IMG/VR virus record: IMGVR_UViG_3300037461_000586
Span: 1 to 41,108 of that record
From: a virus
Lineage: Duplodnaviria > Caudoviricetes
Length of the DNA: 41,108 nt
Reading direction: 5' to 3' (one strand)
The position numbers and the translations under genes are program-made. Position 1 is the first letter of the stretch, and every line of letters begins with the position of its first letter. Shown piece after piece: positions 1 through 7,029 of this stretch. A model generated the notes under the pieces. It was given only the letters and a program-made list of their open reading frames with translations. It was not told where the DNA came from and ran no database searches.

Positions 1-157
1 ATTGACGGGCGATCGTCCAGGTAAGGCGGAGGTAGGGGCCATCTGGCAAGATGCGACCATAGAGCCCGAAAAGCTCAATCTTGGTGCCTCGGGGAAAGAT
101 CCAGCGGCGGTTGCTGTTCGAGTACATCGTGGTACGTCGTGGTAGGATGACGATCAT
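1..157 (-). CDS. small hypothetical protein, 3' truncated at window edge; homolog of 40715-40858
   Basis: ATGA overlap with the stop of 154-342. Own translation MIVILPRR...IELFGLYGRILPDGPYLRLTW shares GLYGRx(L/M)PDGPYLR with 40715-40858. Confidence 0.65.
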   Translation of the reverse strand, partial: MIVILPRRTTMYSNSNRRWIFPRGTKIELFGLYGRILPDGPYLRLTWTIARQ

Positions 158-342
158 CGGATAATCCAGGCGATCGAGACCGCGGCCACGATCGCATCGA
201 GGGCTAGCAGTGCGGCCACCGTGCGGCGGCGCCGGCGGATCTGCCAGGCGAGCAACCGGGCTTCTGCGGCCTCGGTGCGGTCAAGCTGCGCAACCTCGGC
301 GAGGGTGCGAGCGCGGCGGAAGGTGTAGCGGGTGGCGTGCAT
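154..342 (-). CDS. small membrane protein (C-terminal TM helix); allele of 40855-41043
   Basis: SD-like GGGGGA before ATG. Protein conserved with the copy at 40855-41043, with synonymous changes near the N-terminus. Confidence 0.8.
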   Translation of the reverse strand: MHATRYTFRRARTLAEVAQLDRTEAAEARLLAWQIRRRRRTVAALLALDAIVAAVSIAWIIR

Positions 343-407
343 TGTCAGTCCCCCTAGTGCAGCCGGGCGCGGCCGACTATGTTGCCGTTGCTGTCACGGA
401 GCGGGAT
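320..407. repeat. exact 88-bp direct repeat of the window end (circularisation overlap)
   Basis: 320-407 is identical to 41021-41108 (offset 40701); first mismatch at 319 vs 41020. Confidence 0.95.
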
Positions 408-530
408 GGAAAACCTTTCAAGCCCATCTGCGTCGATCATGCGCGAGAGTGCCCGTAGTATCTCGCCCAGTTCGGTCGGGTTGTCCTCAAACGCGGCGTT
501 ATCGGTTACGATGGTGAGGGTGAGCTTCAT
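354..530 (-). CDS. small conserved phage early protein (DNAAF...LRDSNGNxVG type)
   Basis: AAGGA SD before ATG at 530. Motifs DNAAFED, EILR and LRDSNGNIVG are typical of small phage hypothetical proteins. Confidence 0.75.
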   Translation of the reverse strand: MKLTLTIVTDNAAFEDNPTELGEILRALSRMIDADGLERFSIPLRDSNGNIVGRARLH

Positions 531-845
531 CGCGTCCTTCTTTCTCCGGCTGTGCCGGCCTCTGGCTCCCGATCGCAAAGGTGCCTTGCCGGGGGTGGGG
601 TGGATACTGAGCCATGCATGGACGTCTCGGGGGTCGATGGCACCAACAAGGAGCATCTGCAGGGAGAGATACGGAATCCCGACCTCGACACAGAAAGCGC
701 GGGCTCCGTCGGGGTCCATGCCAAACTTCTCATCAAGCCAGCCAGCCGTTTCCGGGTCGCCGTGCCTGGCGAGTGCGCCCAGCACCGCAACCACGACCTC
801 TTCGCGCCCTCGTGCGGTGAGCATGTCCAGGGTGGTCTTCTTCAT
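354..845 (-). CDS. hypothetical early protein, in frame with and reading into 354-530
   Basis: Strong SD AAGGAGG before ATG at 845; no stop before the internal start at 530. Confidence 0.6.
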   Translation of the reverse strand: MKKTTLDMLTARGREEVVVAVLGALARHGDPETAGWLDEKFGMDPDGARAFCVEVGIPYLSLQMLLVGAIDPRDVHAWLSIHPTPGKAPLRSGARGRHSRRKKDAMKLTLTIVTDNAAFEDNPTELGEILRALSRMIDADGLERFSIPLRDSNGNIVGRARLH

Positions 846-872
846 CGCGTCCTCCTTTGTGTGATGGTTGTG

Positions 873-940
873 ACCATCGCACATATGTGGTGCTTATGTC
901 AAGGCTAGACAAACAGGACGCTTGTGTGGTACATGTGCGA
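873..940. promoter_or_regulatory. divergent promoter/operator region
   Basis: Minus-strand TTGACA at 902-897 with a weak -10; palindrome CACATATGTG 880-889; inverted pair TCGCACAT (877-884) / ATGTGCGA (933-940); lies between divergent genes. Confidence 0.5.
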
Positions 941-941
941 C

Positions 942-1100
942 ATGGCCCAGAAGCGAATTGAGGTTTGGAAGTACAAGTGCGAGCGGTGCGGGTGGGAGTG
1001 GGTGTCGCGGCTGCCGGAAGACGATAAGCCGCGAACGTGTCCCGCGTGCAGGTCTGCTTACTGGGATAGGCTGCGGACCCGGGAGCCGCGATCTAGCTAG
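942..1100 (+). CDS. 52-aa zinc-ribbon protein (not in ORF track), possible regulator
   Basis: Own translation MAQKRIEVWKYKCERCGWEWVSRLPEDDKPRTCPACRSAYWDRLRTREPRSS with CxxC...CPxC and SxYW. Confidence 0.8.
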   Translation: MAQKRIEVWKYKCERCGWEWVSRLPEDDKPRTCPACRSAYWDRLRTREPRSS

Positions 1101-1384
1101 AAGAGCGGCGACCGATCGGGGTCCGCTTCCTCGTCCGCTGGTAGGTCCACCGCGAGGCGCTCCGGGAGGCGATCGTCGGCCTCGATCGACACCTGGAGCA
1201 CGAGGACGCCGGGCCTTGGCGAGGTCACGGTCAGCACGTCGTCGGGAGCGATGCCGGCAGCGAGCAGCAACGGAGATCCGAGACGCAGCTCGGGATACGA
1301 TCGCACCACTCGCCGGCTGCCGTCGTCGAGCTGGTAGACGATCGACCGGCCACCGACACAGACCACCGACACCACATCGGACAT
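1097..1384 (-). CDS. SymE-like / AbrB-fold protein
   Basis: YPELRLGSPLLLAAGIAPDDVLTVTSPRPGVLVL resembles the SymE pattern PxLRLxGxWLxxAGFxxGxxVxV...GxLVI. Convergent 4-bp overlap with 942-1100. Confidence 0.5.
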   Translation of the reverse strand: MSDVVSVVCVGGRSIVYQLDDGSRRVVRSYPELRLGSPLLLAAGIAPDDVLTVTSPRPGVLVLQVSIEADDRLPERLAVDLPADEEADPDRSPLF

Positions 1385-1661
1385 GGAACGACGTTTTATC
1401 GCAGCCCGCCCTATCTAGCTAGAGTCTGTCTAGGAAGCAGATCTATCTGGATTCTGTATCTGGTCTCTGTGGTAGCTAGGGTCTAGTGATCGGGTAAAGA
1501 GTAAGTGAGGGTGGATGAGGGCTCCGCCTTCGAGCCTCGGCGGTCGGCAGCCACCGCGGAGGCCGGCATCGAGCAGGGGTCGATGGGATACTGTCCCAAC
1601 CACCACGTCCGCTATGACCTGCACCGCAAGGGGAAGGGATCGACCTGCACGCAACGGTGCT

Positions 1662-1779
1662 GGGGGGTTGGGGCTTCTGGGGGGTGGGTATGGGTGGGGG
1701 AGGGGTAGGTGCCTTCGAGTACCAGACCGGACCGGAACCGACGTACCCCCCCCCGGTCGAGACCCTTCGAGACTCCCCC
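1662..1779. other. G-run cluster followed by C-runs; candidate packaging (pac)/genome-end region
   Basis: Seven runs of 3-6 G in 1662-1705, C9 at 1746-1754 and C5 at 1775-1779. Lies near the switch from early minus-strand genes to the late plus-strand operon. Confidence 0.5.
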
Positions 1780-1812
1780 ACTCACCTACGTTACCCAATT
1801 TTGGAAATTATC

Positions 1813-1845
1813 TTGACTAACTCCCACAATCGGCATATTGTGGGA
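1813..1845 (+). promoter_or_regulatory. sigma70-type promoter with overlapping palindromic operator
   Basis: TTGACT (1813-1818)-N17-TATTGT (1836-1841); inverted repeat TCCCACAAT-N6-ATTGTGGGA (1822-1845); ATG at 1850 implies a near-leaderless mRNA. Confidence 0.75.
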
Positions 1846-1849
1846 TCTT

Positions 1850-2224
1850 ATGAAGCGGGAGGCGGTGATTGCAGTGGCAGCGGTGGAGTTTGCTGCGCGA
1901 GTGCGAGCGGTGGCTGGTGGTGGAGGGATGACGAGCGGAGCATCGGAGCGGTTAAGGGAGGCGCTGGAGGAGTACGATCGGGCGACGCGGATAACATGTC
2001 GGTGGTGCGGGGAGAGGATTGGGGGGAGGAGGCGGCGGTACTGTAATGCGGAGTGCAGGTACAGGGGGGAGTTGGCGAAGCGGAAGATGGACGGGAAGAA
2101 GAGGGAGTATGCGCGGGAGTACGCCCGCAGGAAGAGAAACGAGAAGAACGGAGGAAGTCATGAAGATGGTTTGCGAGCTGATGGTGTTGAAGGCGGGAGA
2201 AGCGGAGTGGACGAAGTTGGCTGA
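1850..2224 (+). CDS. zinc-finger protein (CxxC...YCxxxC) with basic tail
   Basis: TCRWCGERIGGRRRRYCNAECR; first gene after the 1813 promoter. Confidence 0.7.
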   Translation: MKREAVIAVAAVEFAARVRAVAGGGGMTSGASERLREALEEYDRATRITCRWCGERIGGRRRRYCNAECRYRGELAKRKMDGKKREYAREYARRKRNEKNGGSHEDGLRADGVEGGRSGVDEVG

Positions 2225-2354
2225 GGTATCTGTGGACTGGGCACAGAAGACGCAGCACGCGCAGGGAGTTGGTGAGTCGCTGATGGCGGTCCAGGTCGGG
2301 CTGTCGAAGTGGATGCCTGGGATCGGGACAGCGATGCGGTGGAGGGTGGTGTGA
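2160..2354 (+). CDS. hypothetical protein
   Basis: GGAGGA SD; stop overlaps the next ATG (TGATG). Confidence 0.6.
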   Translation: MKMVCELMVLKAGEAEWTKLAEVSVDWAQKTQHAQGVGESLMAVQVGLSKWMPGIGTAMRWRVV

Positions 2355-2578
2355 TGGCGAAGAAGGAGAGCAAGGTTGAGTGTGCGTATGAGGGGCCGAA
2401 GGCGGAGGAGAATCCGTATGTGGCCCAGATGCACGTACTGGAGCTGAGGATCGAGGAGTTGAAGGTTGCATTGGAGCCGTTCAAGTTCGACGGGGTATTG
2501 TTGAGTGGCATGCCCGGGTCGAGCTTCAACTATCAGGTGCCGGAGGTCTGGGTGGCGAAGGCCCGCAAAGTGTGGTGA
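2354..2578 (+). CDS. hypothetical protein
   Basis: GGAGG SD; translational coupling to the previous gene. Confidence 0.6.
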   Translation: MAKKESKVECAYEGPKAEENPYVAQMHVLELRIEELKVALEPFKFDGVLLSGMPGSSFNYQVPEVWVAKARKVW

Positions 2579-2582
2579 CGAC

Positions 2583-2843
2583 ATGACCGACGAAGCAGTC
2601 ATCATGAAAGCGGAGATGCTAGCGCGGGAAGCAGAGTTTACCTTTGCCACCGAGCCGTTCATGTATTCCGCCCGCCGCATCCTCGCGCTGGAGGAGGAAG
2701 TGATGAAATTGCGCGACATCGCAACGAAGGGAGCGGACACTTTCCACGACTTACGTGTGGCATTGGATGCCTTAGGCCACCCGACAGCGGCCCATGCTTG
2801 CCGAATAGGCGAGGAAGAAACCCGCAAGGCACTGGAGGAGTGA
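2583..2843 (+). CDS. hypothetical coiled-coil protein
   Basis: Packed operon position; helical charged sequence. Confidence 0.6.
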   Translation: MTDEAVIMKAEMLAREAEFTFATEPFMYSARRILALEEEVMKLRDIATKGADTFHDLRVALDALGHPTAAHACRIGEEETRKALEE

Positions 2844-2872
2844 TGAAACTCACTAACAAAAGGAGGAGTACA

Positions 2873-3169
2873 ATGAAGAAGGGAACACGATCAAACGCAC
2901 AGAGGCCGGTGATGGTGACGACAGAATACCGTGGTGTGTTTTTCGGCTACGCCACGGACACGACAGGTGACACAGTAAAGCTCGCCAGAGCGAGGAACGT
3001 GATCTACTGGCCCGCGACTCAGCGTGGAGTCGTGGGTCTCGCTGCCACAGGGCCGCTTGACGGGGCTCGCGTGGGACCATGTGCCGATGTGGAGTTGCGG
3101 AAAGTCACTGCCGTATTCGAGGTGGGACCGGACGCGGCAGCGCGATGGGAAGCAGCGCCATGGAAGTGA
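2873..3169 (+). CDS. DUF6948-like phage protein
   Basis: AGGAGG SD; motif RPVMVTTEYRGVFFG...VKLARARNVIYW...GLAATGP; followed by a GYG-repeat gene, a pairing I recall as common in phages. Confidence 0.75.
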   Translation: MKKGTRSNAQRPVMVTTEYRGVFFGYATDTTGDTVKLARARNVIYWPATQRGVVGLAATGPLDGARVGPCADVELRKVTAVFEVGPDAAARWEAAPWK

Positions 3170-3402
3170 CCTACGGCTACGGCTACGGCTCCGGCTACGG
3201 CTCCGGCTACGGCTACGGCTACGGCTCCGGCTACGGCTACGGCGACGGCTACAGCGACGGCTACGGCGACGGCTCCGGCGACGGCTACAGCGACGGCTAC
3301 AGCGACGGCTCCGGCTCCGGCTCCGGCTACGGCTACGGCTACGGCTCCGGCGACGGCTCCGGCTCCGGCTACGGCTCCGGCTCCGGCGACGGCTCCGGGT
3401 GA
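3160..3402 (+). CDS. Gly-Tyr/Gly-Ser/Gly-Asp low-complexity repeat protein
   Basis: YGYGYGSGYGSG...GDGSG; overlaps the stop of the upstream gene (GTG at 3166 is an alternative start). Confidence 0.65.
   Translation: MEVTYGYGYGSGYGSGYGYGYGSGYGYGDGYSDGYGDGSGDGYSDGYSDGSGSGSGYGYGYGSGDGSGSGYGSGSGDGSG
3172..3399 (+). repeat. degenerate hexamer tandem repeat (GGCTAC/GGCTCC/GGCGAC/AGCGAC)
   Basis: Directly visible. Confidence 0.95.
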
Positions 3403-3403
3403 C

Positions 3404-3661
3404 GTGATGGACAAAGTGCTTACACCAACCGAGGCCGATCAGTTCCGTGAGTGGCGTGACCGCGTGTGGGACTTGAAGCGGCAACTAGCGGTTGCGCAAG
3501 CGCAGCCCTCCGCAGCGATCTGTGCCTGCGGCGATCACTGCCAGGCTGACGGTGCGCTATGCGTGACATGCGCGAACGAGCTACGGGACCAACTCGCCGC
3601 CGCCCTGCGCGAGCGGGACGAGTGGCGCGATCACGACATGCAATCCCAAGGTGTCATATAG
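3404..3661 (+). CDS. hypothetical protein with Cys cluster and coiled coil
   Basis: CACGDHC...LCVTC then ERDE coiled coil; ends at a TAG in frame with 3680-4072. Confidence 0.6.
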   Translation: MMDKVLTPTEADQFREWRDRVWDLKRQLAVAQAQPSAAICACGDHCQADGALCVTCANELRDQLAAALRERDEWRDHDMQSQGVI

Positions 3662-3679
3662 GCAGCCGAAAAAAGCGTT

Positions 3680-4072
3680 ATGGTATTGGTTGCCGAGCGT
3701 GACGCCCTCCGCGCCATGATGAGCGAGATCCTGGCCCTCGAAGACGTGGAGACTCCCAGCAAGGACGGCAGCGAGAACGTCGCCAGCGTCGTGGGCGATG
3801 CGCTGGAGCATCTGCGGCGCGAGCGGGACGAGGCGCAGGGGCGGCTCGCTGCGCTGTACCAGGACGCAGCGGAGCGCATCGCTGCCCTGGTGGCCGAGCA
3901 GATAGAGAATCGCCATTCAAACGCCGAGTGGCAAATTCCAATAACCCTCGCTTCCGAGCGCCGCCGCGTCTATGCGCGGTGCGCGGAGATCGCGCGAGAG
4001 ACTGAGCCGCTTTGCGAGCACTGCCAAGAGGCGGCAGCGGCCATCGAGGCGGAAGCGGAGAAGGAGGAGTGA
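3680..4072 (+). CDS. coiled-coil phage hypothetical protein (possibly the C-terminal part of 3404-3661)
   Basis: AERDALRA, RERDEA and ERxxCAEIA motifs; no clear SD. Confidence 0.55.
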   Translation: MVLVAERDALRAMMSEILALEDVETPSKDGSENVASVVGDALEHLRRERDEAQGRLAALYQDAAERIAALVAEQIENRHSNAEWQIPITLASERRRVYARCAEIARETEPLCEHCQEAAAAIEAEAEKEE

Positions 4073-4073
4073 G

Positions 4074-4274
4074 ATGAACCAACCGGAACCGCCGGATAGT
4101 TCACCGATGCTGGAGGCCGAACGGGACGCCCTCCGCGCCAAACTCGACGAGGCCCGTGAGGCGATACGGGAGTATCTGTCTATACCGCCACCGGACGAGT
4201 GCTACACGATGAAAGAGTGGGTGGATCGCTGTGCGGCGAGCATCGCCCGGCTGCGGAAGGTGGTGGAGGGATGA
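4074..4274 (+). CDS. hypothetical protein
   Basis: AAGGAGG SD; AERDALRAKL coiled coil. Confidence 0.65.
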   Translation: MNQPEPPDSSPMLEAERDALRAKLDEAREAIREYLSIPPPDECYTMKEWVDRCAASIARLRKVVEG

Positions 4275-4379
4275 GTGAACTTCCTTGTTGATCTTCTCGA
4301 TGCCTTCGTCCTGGTTGTGCCCTTTCTTGGCATCGTGTTTCTGATGTGGCTGTGGCTGATAACGAGGGACATCGACTGA
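4275..4379 (+). CDS. 34-aa single-TM protein (not in ORF track)
   Basis: GTG start after GGAGG; MNFLVDLLDAFVLVVPFLGIVFLMWLWLITRDID; TGA overlaps the next ATG. Confidence 0.6.
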   Translation: MNFLVDLLDAFVLVVPFLGIVFLMWLWLITRDID

Positions 4380-4777
4380 TGGCGAAGCGTGGAATGGTGC
4401 AGGGCAAGAATGCTGCATTGACGAAGGCGGCGGTCGAGCGCCACGCACTGCTCAAGAAGCTCAAGGAGTCCGACCGGGAAGATCTTGCTGTGCTGGACGA
4501 GGCGCGGGTGAAGCTGTCGCAACTGCTCCGCGACGACATGGAGTTCTGGTACGACCAGGCCAAGGACGTAGCGATGAACGGCGAGAAGGGATGTGAGGGC
4601 AGGGGCCGCGTCATCATTGGGATGCTCGGGAAGATCGTCGCCGACCGGAAGGACCGCGAGATGGCTTCCTCGGGCAGCAGACAGCCGTTCGTGTTCCAGG
4701 TGATCGGTGACGTGAAGCGGGGAACGATCGAGGCGGTCGATAGCCTGCGACGTGGAGCCATTGAGGTGGAAACATGA
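4379..4777 (+). CDS. putative terminase small subunit
   Basis: Size, helical core, GKIVADRK segment and C-terminal beta strand (PFVFQVIG); upstream of TerL. Confidence 0.55.
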   Translation: MAKRGMVQGKNAALTKAAVERHALLKKLKESDREDLAVLDEARVKLSQLLRDDMEFWYDQAKDVAMNGEKGCEGRGRVIIGMLGKIVADRKDREMASSGSRQPFVFQVIGDVKRGTIEAVDSLRRGAIEVET

Positions 4778-5016
4778 AGGCACTTGTTGTCATGGTAGTT
4801 CTGCTTTGTTGCTGTGGATGCAAGGTCACGCATGACCTGAGCAAGCGTGAGCGTGTTGCGAATCCGTTGATGGATCAGGCAGCGACTTGTCGGGTGTGCC
4901 TGGACGGCACGTTGTCCTCTTGTAACCGCGCAGTGGTCATGTCGTGCGAACGAGGATTGGAGCAGGGATTGATTCCTCGATTGGAGTACACAGAGATCAA
5001 ACAGAAGGAGGAGTGA
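4774..5016 (+). CDS. Cys-rich putative lipoprotein
   Basis: MKALVVMVVLLCCCG-C lipobox-like signal; further Cys in the mature part. Confidence 0.65.
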   Translation: MKALVVMVVLLCCCGCKVTHDLSKRERVANPLMDQAATCRVCLDGTLSSCNRAVVMSCERGLEQGLIPRLEYTEIKQKEE

Positions 5017-5252
5017 TGTTCAACTGGAATCTACCGCCAGGAATCGGGATCGCTTTTGATTGGGTTGGCCGGCTCAATGGTGTCGAGAAGATTCGGTACA
5101 GAGTGAACACCGCTGACCAGCAGTATAGCCAAGGCGTCTGCGACGGGGTTAATCTCGCGCTCGATAAACTCGGGATCAAACTTGAGTGGGAGACAATGAA
5201 TCTCGCCATCGAGCAGATCGTGTACTACGAGTTCCCCGGTGTTCAGTTGTGA
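5016..5252 (+). CDS. hypothetical protein
   Basis: AAGGAGG SD; coupled at both ends. Confidence 0.65.
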   Translation: MFNWNLPPGIGIAFDWVGRLNGVEKIRYRVNTADQQYSQGVCDGVNLALDKLGIKLEWETMNLAIEQIVYYEFPGVQL

Positions 5253-6670
5253 ACATTGACGAGAAACAGTATCGCCCTCACGCCTCTGCGGTTCCCTTCC
5301 ACGAATCGCAGGCGCAAGTGAAAGCACTATGCGGGCCGGTTGGATCCGGCAAGTCGTCCGCGGCGTGCGTCGAGTTCTTCTTCCTGTGCCGGGAGTCGAA
5401 GGTGCCGATCCGCGGCCTAGTCATGCGGGAGTCGTACAGGCAGCTCCACGATTCGACGCGCAAGACGTGGCTCGAATGGTTCGGCGGGTGCTCGACCTAC
5501 CTGAAGAGCGAGGAGACAATCAAACTGACCATCCCTGGGGTGGATGGGATCGAGCGCACCCACGAGCTGCACTTCCGCCACGCACGACGCGAGGAAGAAG
5601 CCAGCGACTTCATGAGCACGGAGTACGCGTTCATCTGGCTCGAAGAGGTCGTGCCGGCGTTTCAGGTCGGGCAGGGGGTCATCGGGGGCGGTCTCCCGAA
5701 GGGCGTCTTCGACATCGCCACGATGCGGCTGCGCCAGACCGGGGCGCATCGGCTCCACATCGTGCTCACGTTCAACCCGCCCAATAAGCACCACTGGGTG
5801 TACCAGGAGTTCTTTCGACCGACGAGTGAGGAGTTGCGCAAGCGCGACTACGCGCTCTTCCGACAACCGGCCTACGAGAACGCTCCGAACCTGCCAGCCG
5901 GCTACTACGAGAAGTTGGTCGAGCGTCTGTCTCCTGACATGGCCGACCGCTTCGTGCGCGGCGAGCCGGTCACGGTGTATCCCGGAGTGCGCGTCTTCCC
6001 GGAGTTCCAGGAGCAGATCCACCTGGGCGAGTGTCTGACGCCCAACCGTGGGCTCCCGCTCGTGATCGCCTTCGACTTTGGACTCACGCCAGTTGCGTTG
6101 ATCGGCCAGGTCCACCCTGCCGGGCGCATCGAGATCTACCGCGAGGTCCAGATGTGGAACGCGGGGGTGCAGAAACTAGGCGACGAACTGACCCGAGTGC
6201 TGAAGGACGAGTTCGAGGGATTCGAGAAGTGGCGATGCTGGGGAGATCCTGCCGGGGCGCAGCGTGCCCAGACTGACGAGAAGACCTGCTTCGATGTCCT
6301 CGCCACGATGGGGTTCCATGTGCATCCCGGGGCCGTCGATTGGCAGTCGCGCAAGGAGTCGGTCAAGCAGCGCCTTGAGCGCATGATCGACGGCAAGCCG
6401 GGAGTGACCATCGACCGACAACGCTGTCCTGTGCTCAGCGAGGGGATGCTCGGCGGCTACCGCTACCCGAAGTCTACCGATGGCAGGATCGGCTCGCGGC
6501 CACTCAAGAACGACTTTTCCCACACCTGCGATGCGTTTCAGTACCTCGTGACAGGCGAGTTCTCAGTGACCAGCGGTGAGGCATACTCCAGCCGTAAGGA
6601 GCCGCGGATCCCCGCCTACGACCCGTTCTCCGACATTCGGCGCAGTTCGTCTTCCTGGATGGGAAACTAA
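5249..6670 (+). CDS. terL: terminase large subunit
   Basis: GTG start overlapping the upstream TGA; Walker A GPVGSGKS, Walker B FIWLEE, coupling motif TFNP, RNase H-like nuclease motifs DFGLTP, GDPAG and SHTCDAFQY. Confidence 0.95.
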   Translation: MNIDEKQYRPHASAVPFHESQAQVKALCGPVGSGKSSAACVEFFFLCRESKVPIRGLVMRESYRQLHDSTRKTWLEWFGGCSTYLKSEETIKLTIPGVDGIERTHELHFRHARREEEASDFMSTEYAFIWLEEVVPAFQVGQGVIGGGLPKGVFDIATMRLRQTGAHRLHIVLTFNPPNKHHWVYQEFFRPTSEELRKRDYALFRQPAYENAPNLPAGYYEKLVERLSPDMADRFVRGEPVTVYPGVRVFPEFQEQIHLGECLTPNRGLPLVIAFDFGLTPVALIGQVHPAGRIEIYREVQMWNAGVQKLGDELTRVLKDEFEGFEKWRCWGDPAGAQRAQTDEKTCFDVLATMGFHVHPGAVDWQSRKESVKQRLERMIDGKPGVTIDRQRCPVLSEGMLGGYRYPKSTDGRIGSRPLKNDFSHTCDAFQYLVTGEFSVTSGEAYSSRKEPRIPAYDPFSDIRRSSSSWMGN

Positions 6671-6676
6671 CTGCAA

Positions 6677-6697
6677 ATCCAGAACACGGTTCTGGAT
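6677..6697. promoter_or_regulatory. perfect 9-bp inverted repeat after terL (operator or hairpin)
   Basis: ATCCAGAAC-ACG-GTTCTGGAT; no long U tract; contains the AAC-N3-GTT core seen at other intergenic sites. Confidence 0.5.
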
Positions 6698-6768
6698 CTT
6701 GCAATGTGGTGGCAACTGGTGGTAGTTGTCGCTCAAGGTATCAAACGCCGTTTGGCGGAGGAGGCAAA

Positions 6769-7029
6769 ATGAAGCGCCTCGTGCGAGCGTGTGTCGGGTT
6801 CGTCCTGTTGCTGGCGATCTATGCACCAGCCTGGGGAGCTGACGGTTGCTGCGTCTGTGGCGACGGTCGATGTCTCAACGATGTTGCCGGCATCAAGCAG
6901 TGCATCTCCCGGTGCGGCCCTTCGGAGACCATAGCCTACAACGAGGCGTCTACTTGCGGAGACAGATGCTTGCGGCTCGCCAACCAGGTTAGACGGGAGA
7001 GGTTGGCCGAGAAGGGAGACAAGCGATGA
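6769..7029 (+). CDS. small secreted 8-Cys protein
   Basis: GGAGGAGG SD; signal peptide ending AWG-A; mature CCxC-x4-C-x9-C-x3-C-x13-C-x3-C. Confidence 0.8.
   Translation: MKRLVRACVGFVLLLAIYAPAWGADGCCVCGDGRCLNDVAGIKQCISRCGPSETIAYNEASTCGDRCLRLANQVRRERLAEKGDKR

Noticed and set aside
1430-1820. Several overlapping ORFs across the G/C-tract region
   Set aside because: Low-complexity translations of homopolymer runs; region more plausibly non-coding, though a short Cys/His ORF from 1583 cannot be excluded.
3172-3399. Possible CRISPR array (also considered for the TP tracts and because a Cas4-like gene is present)
   Set aside because: No constant repeat with unique spacers; these are short coding tandem repeats.
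2891-3484. RS-, RL- and AV-repeat ORFs in other frames
   Set aside because: Alternative readings of the hexamer array; only the Gly-rich frame is coupled to neighbouring genes.
3659-3661. Genome-wide TAG recoding
   Set aside because: Core genes are intact in the standard code and several end in TAG directly before the next gene (e.g. 11248, 26996, 37677).
6677-6700. Rho-independent terminator after terL
   Set aside because: The stem is followed by only CTT; kept as an operator-like inverted repeat instead.
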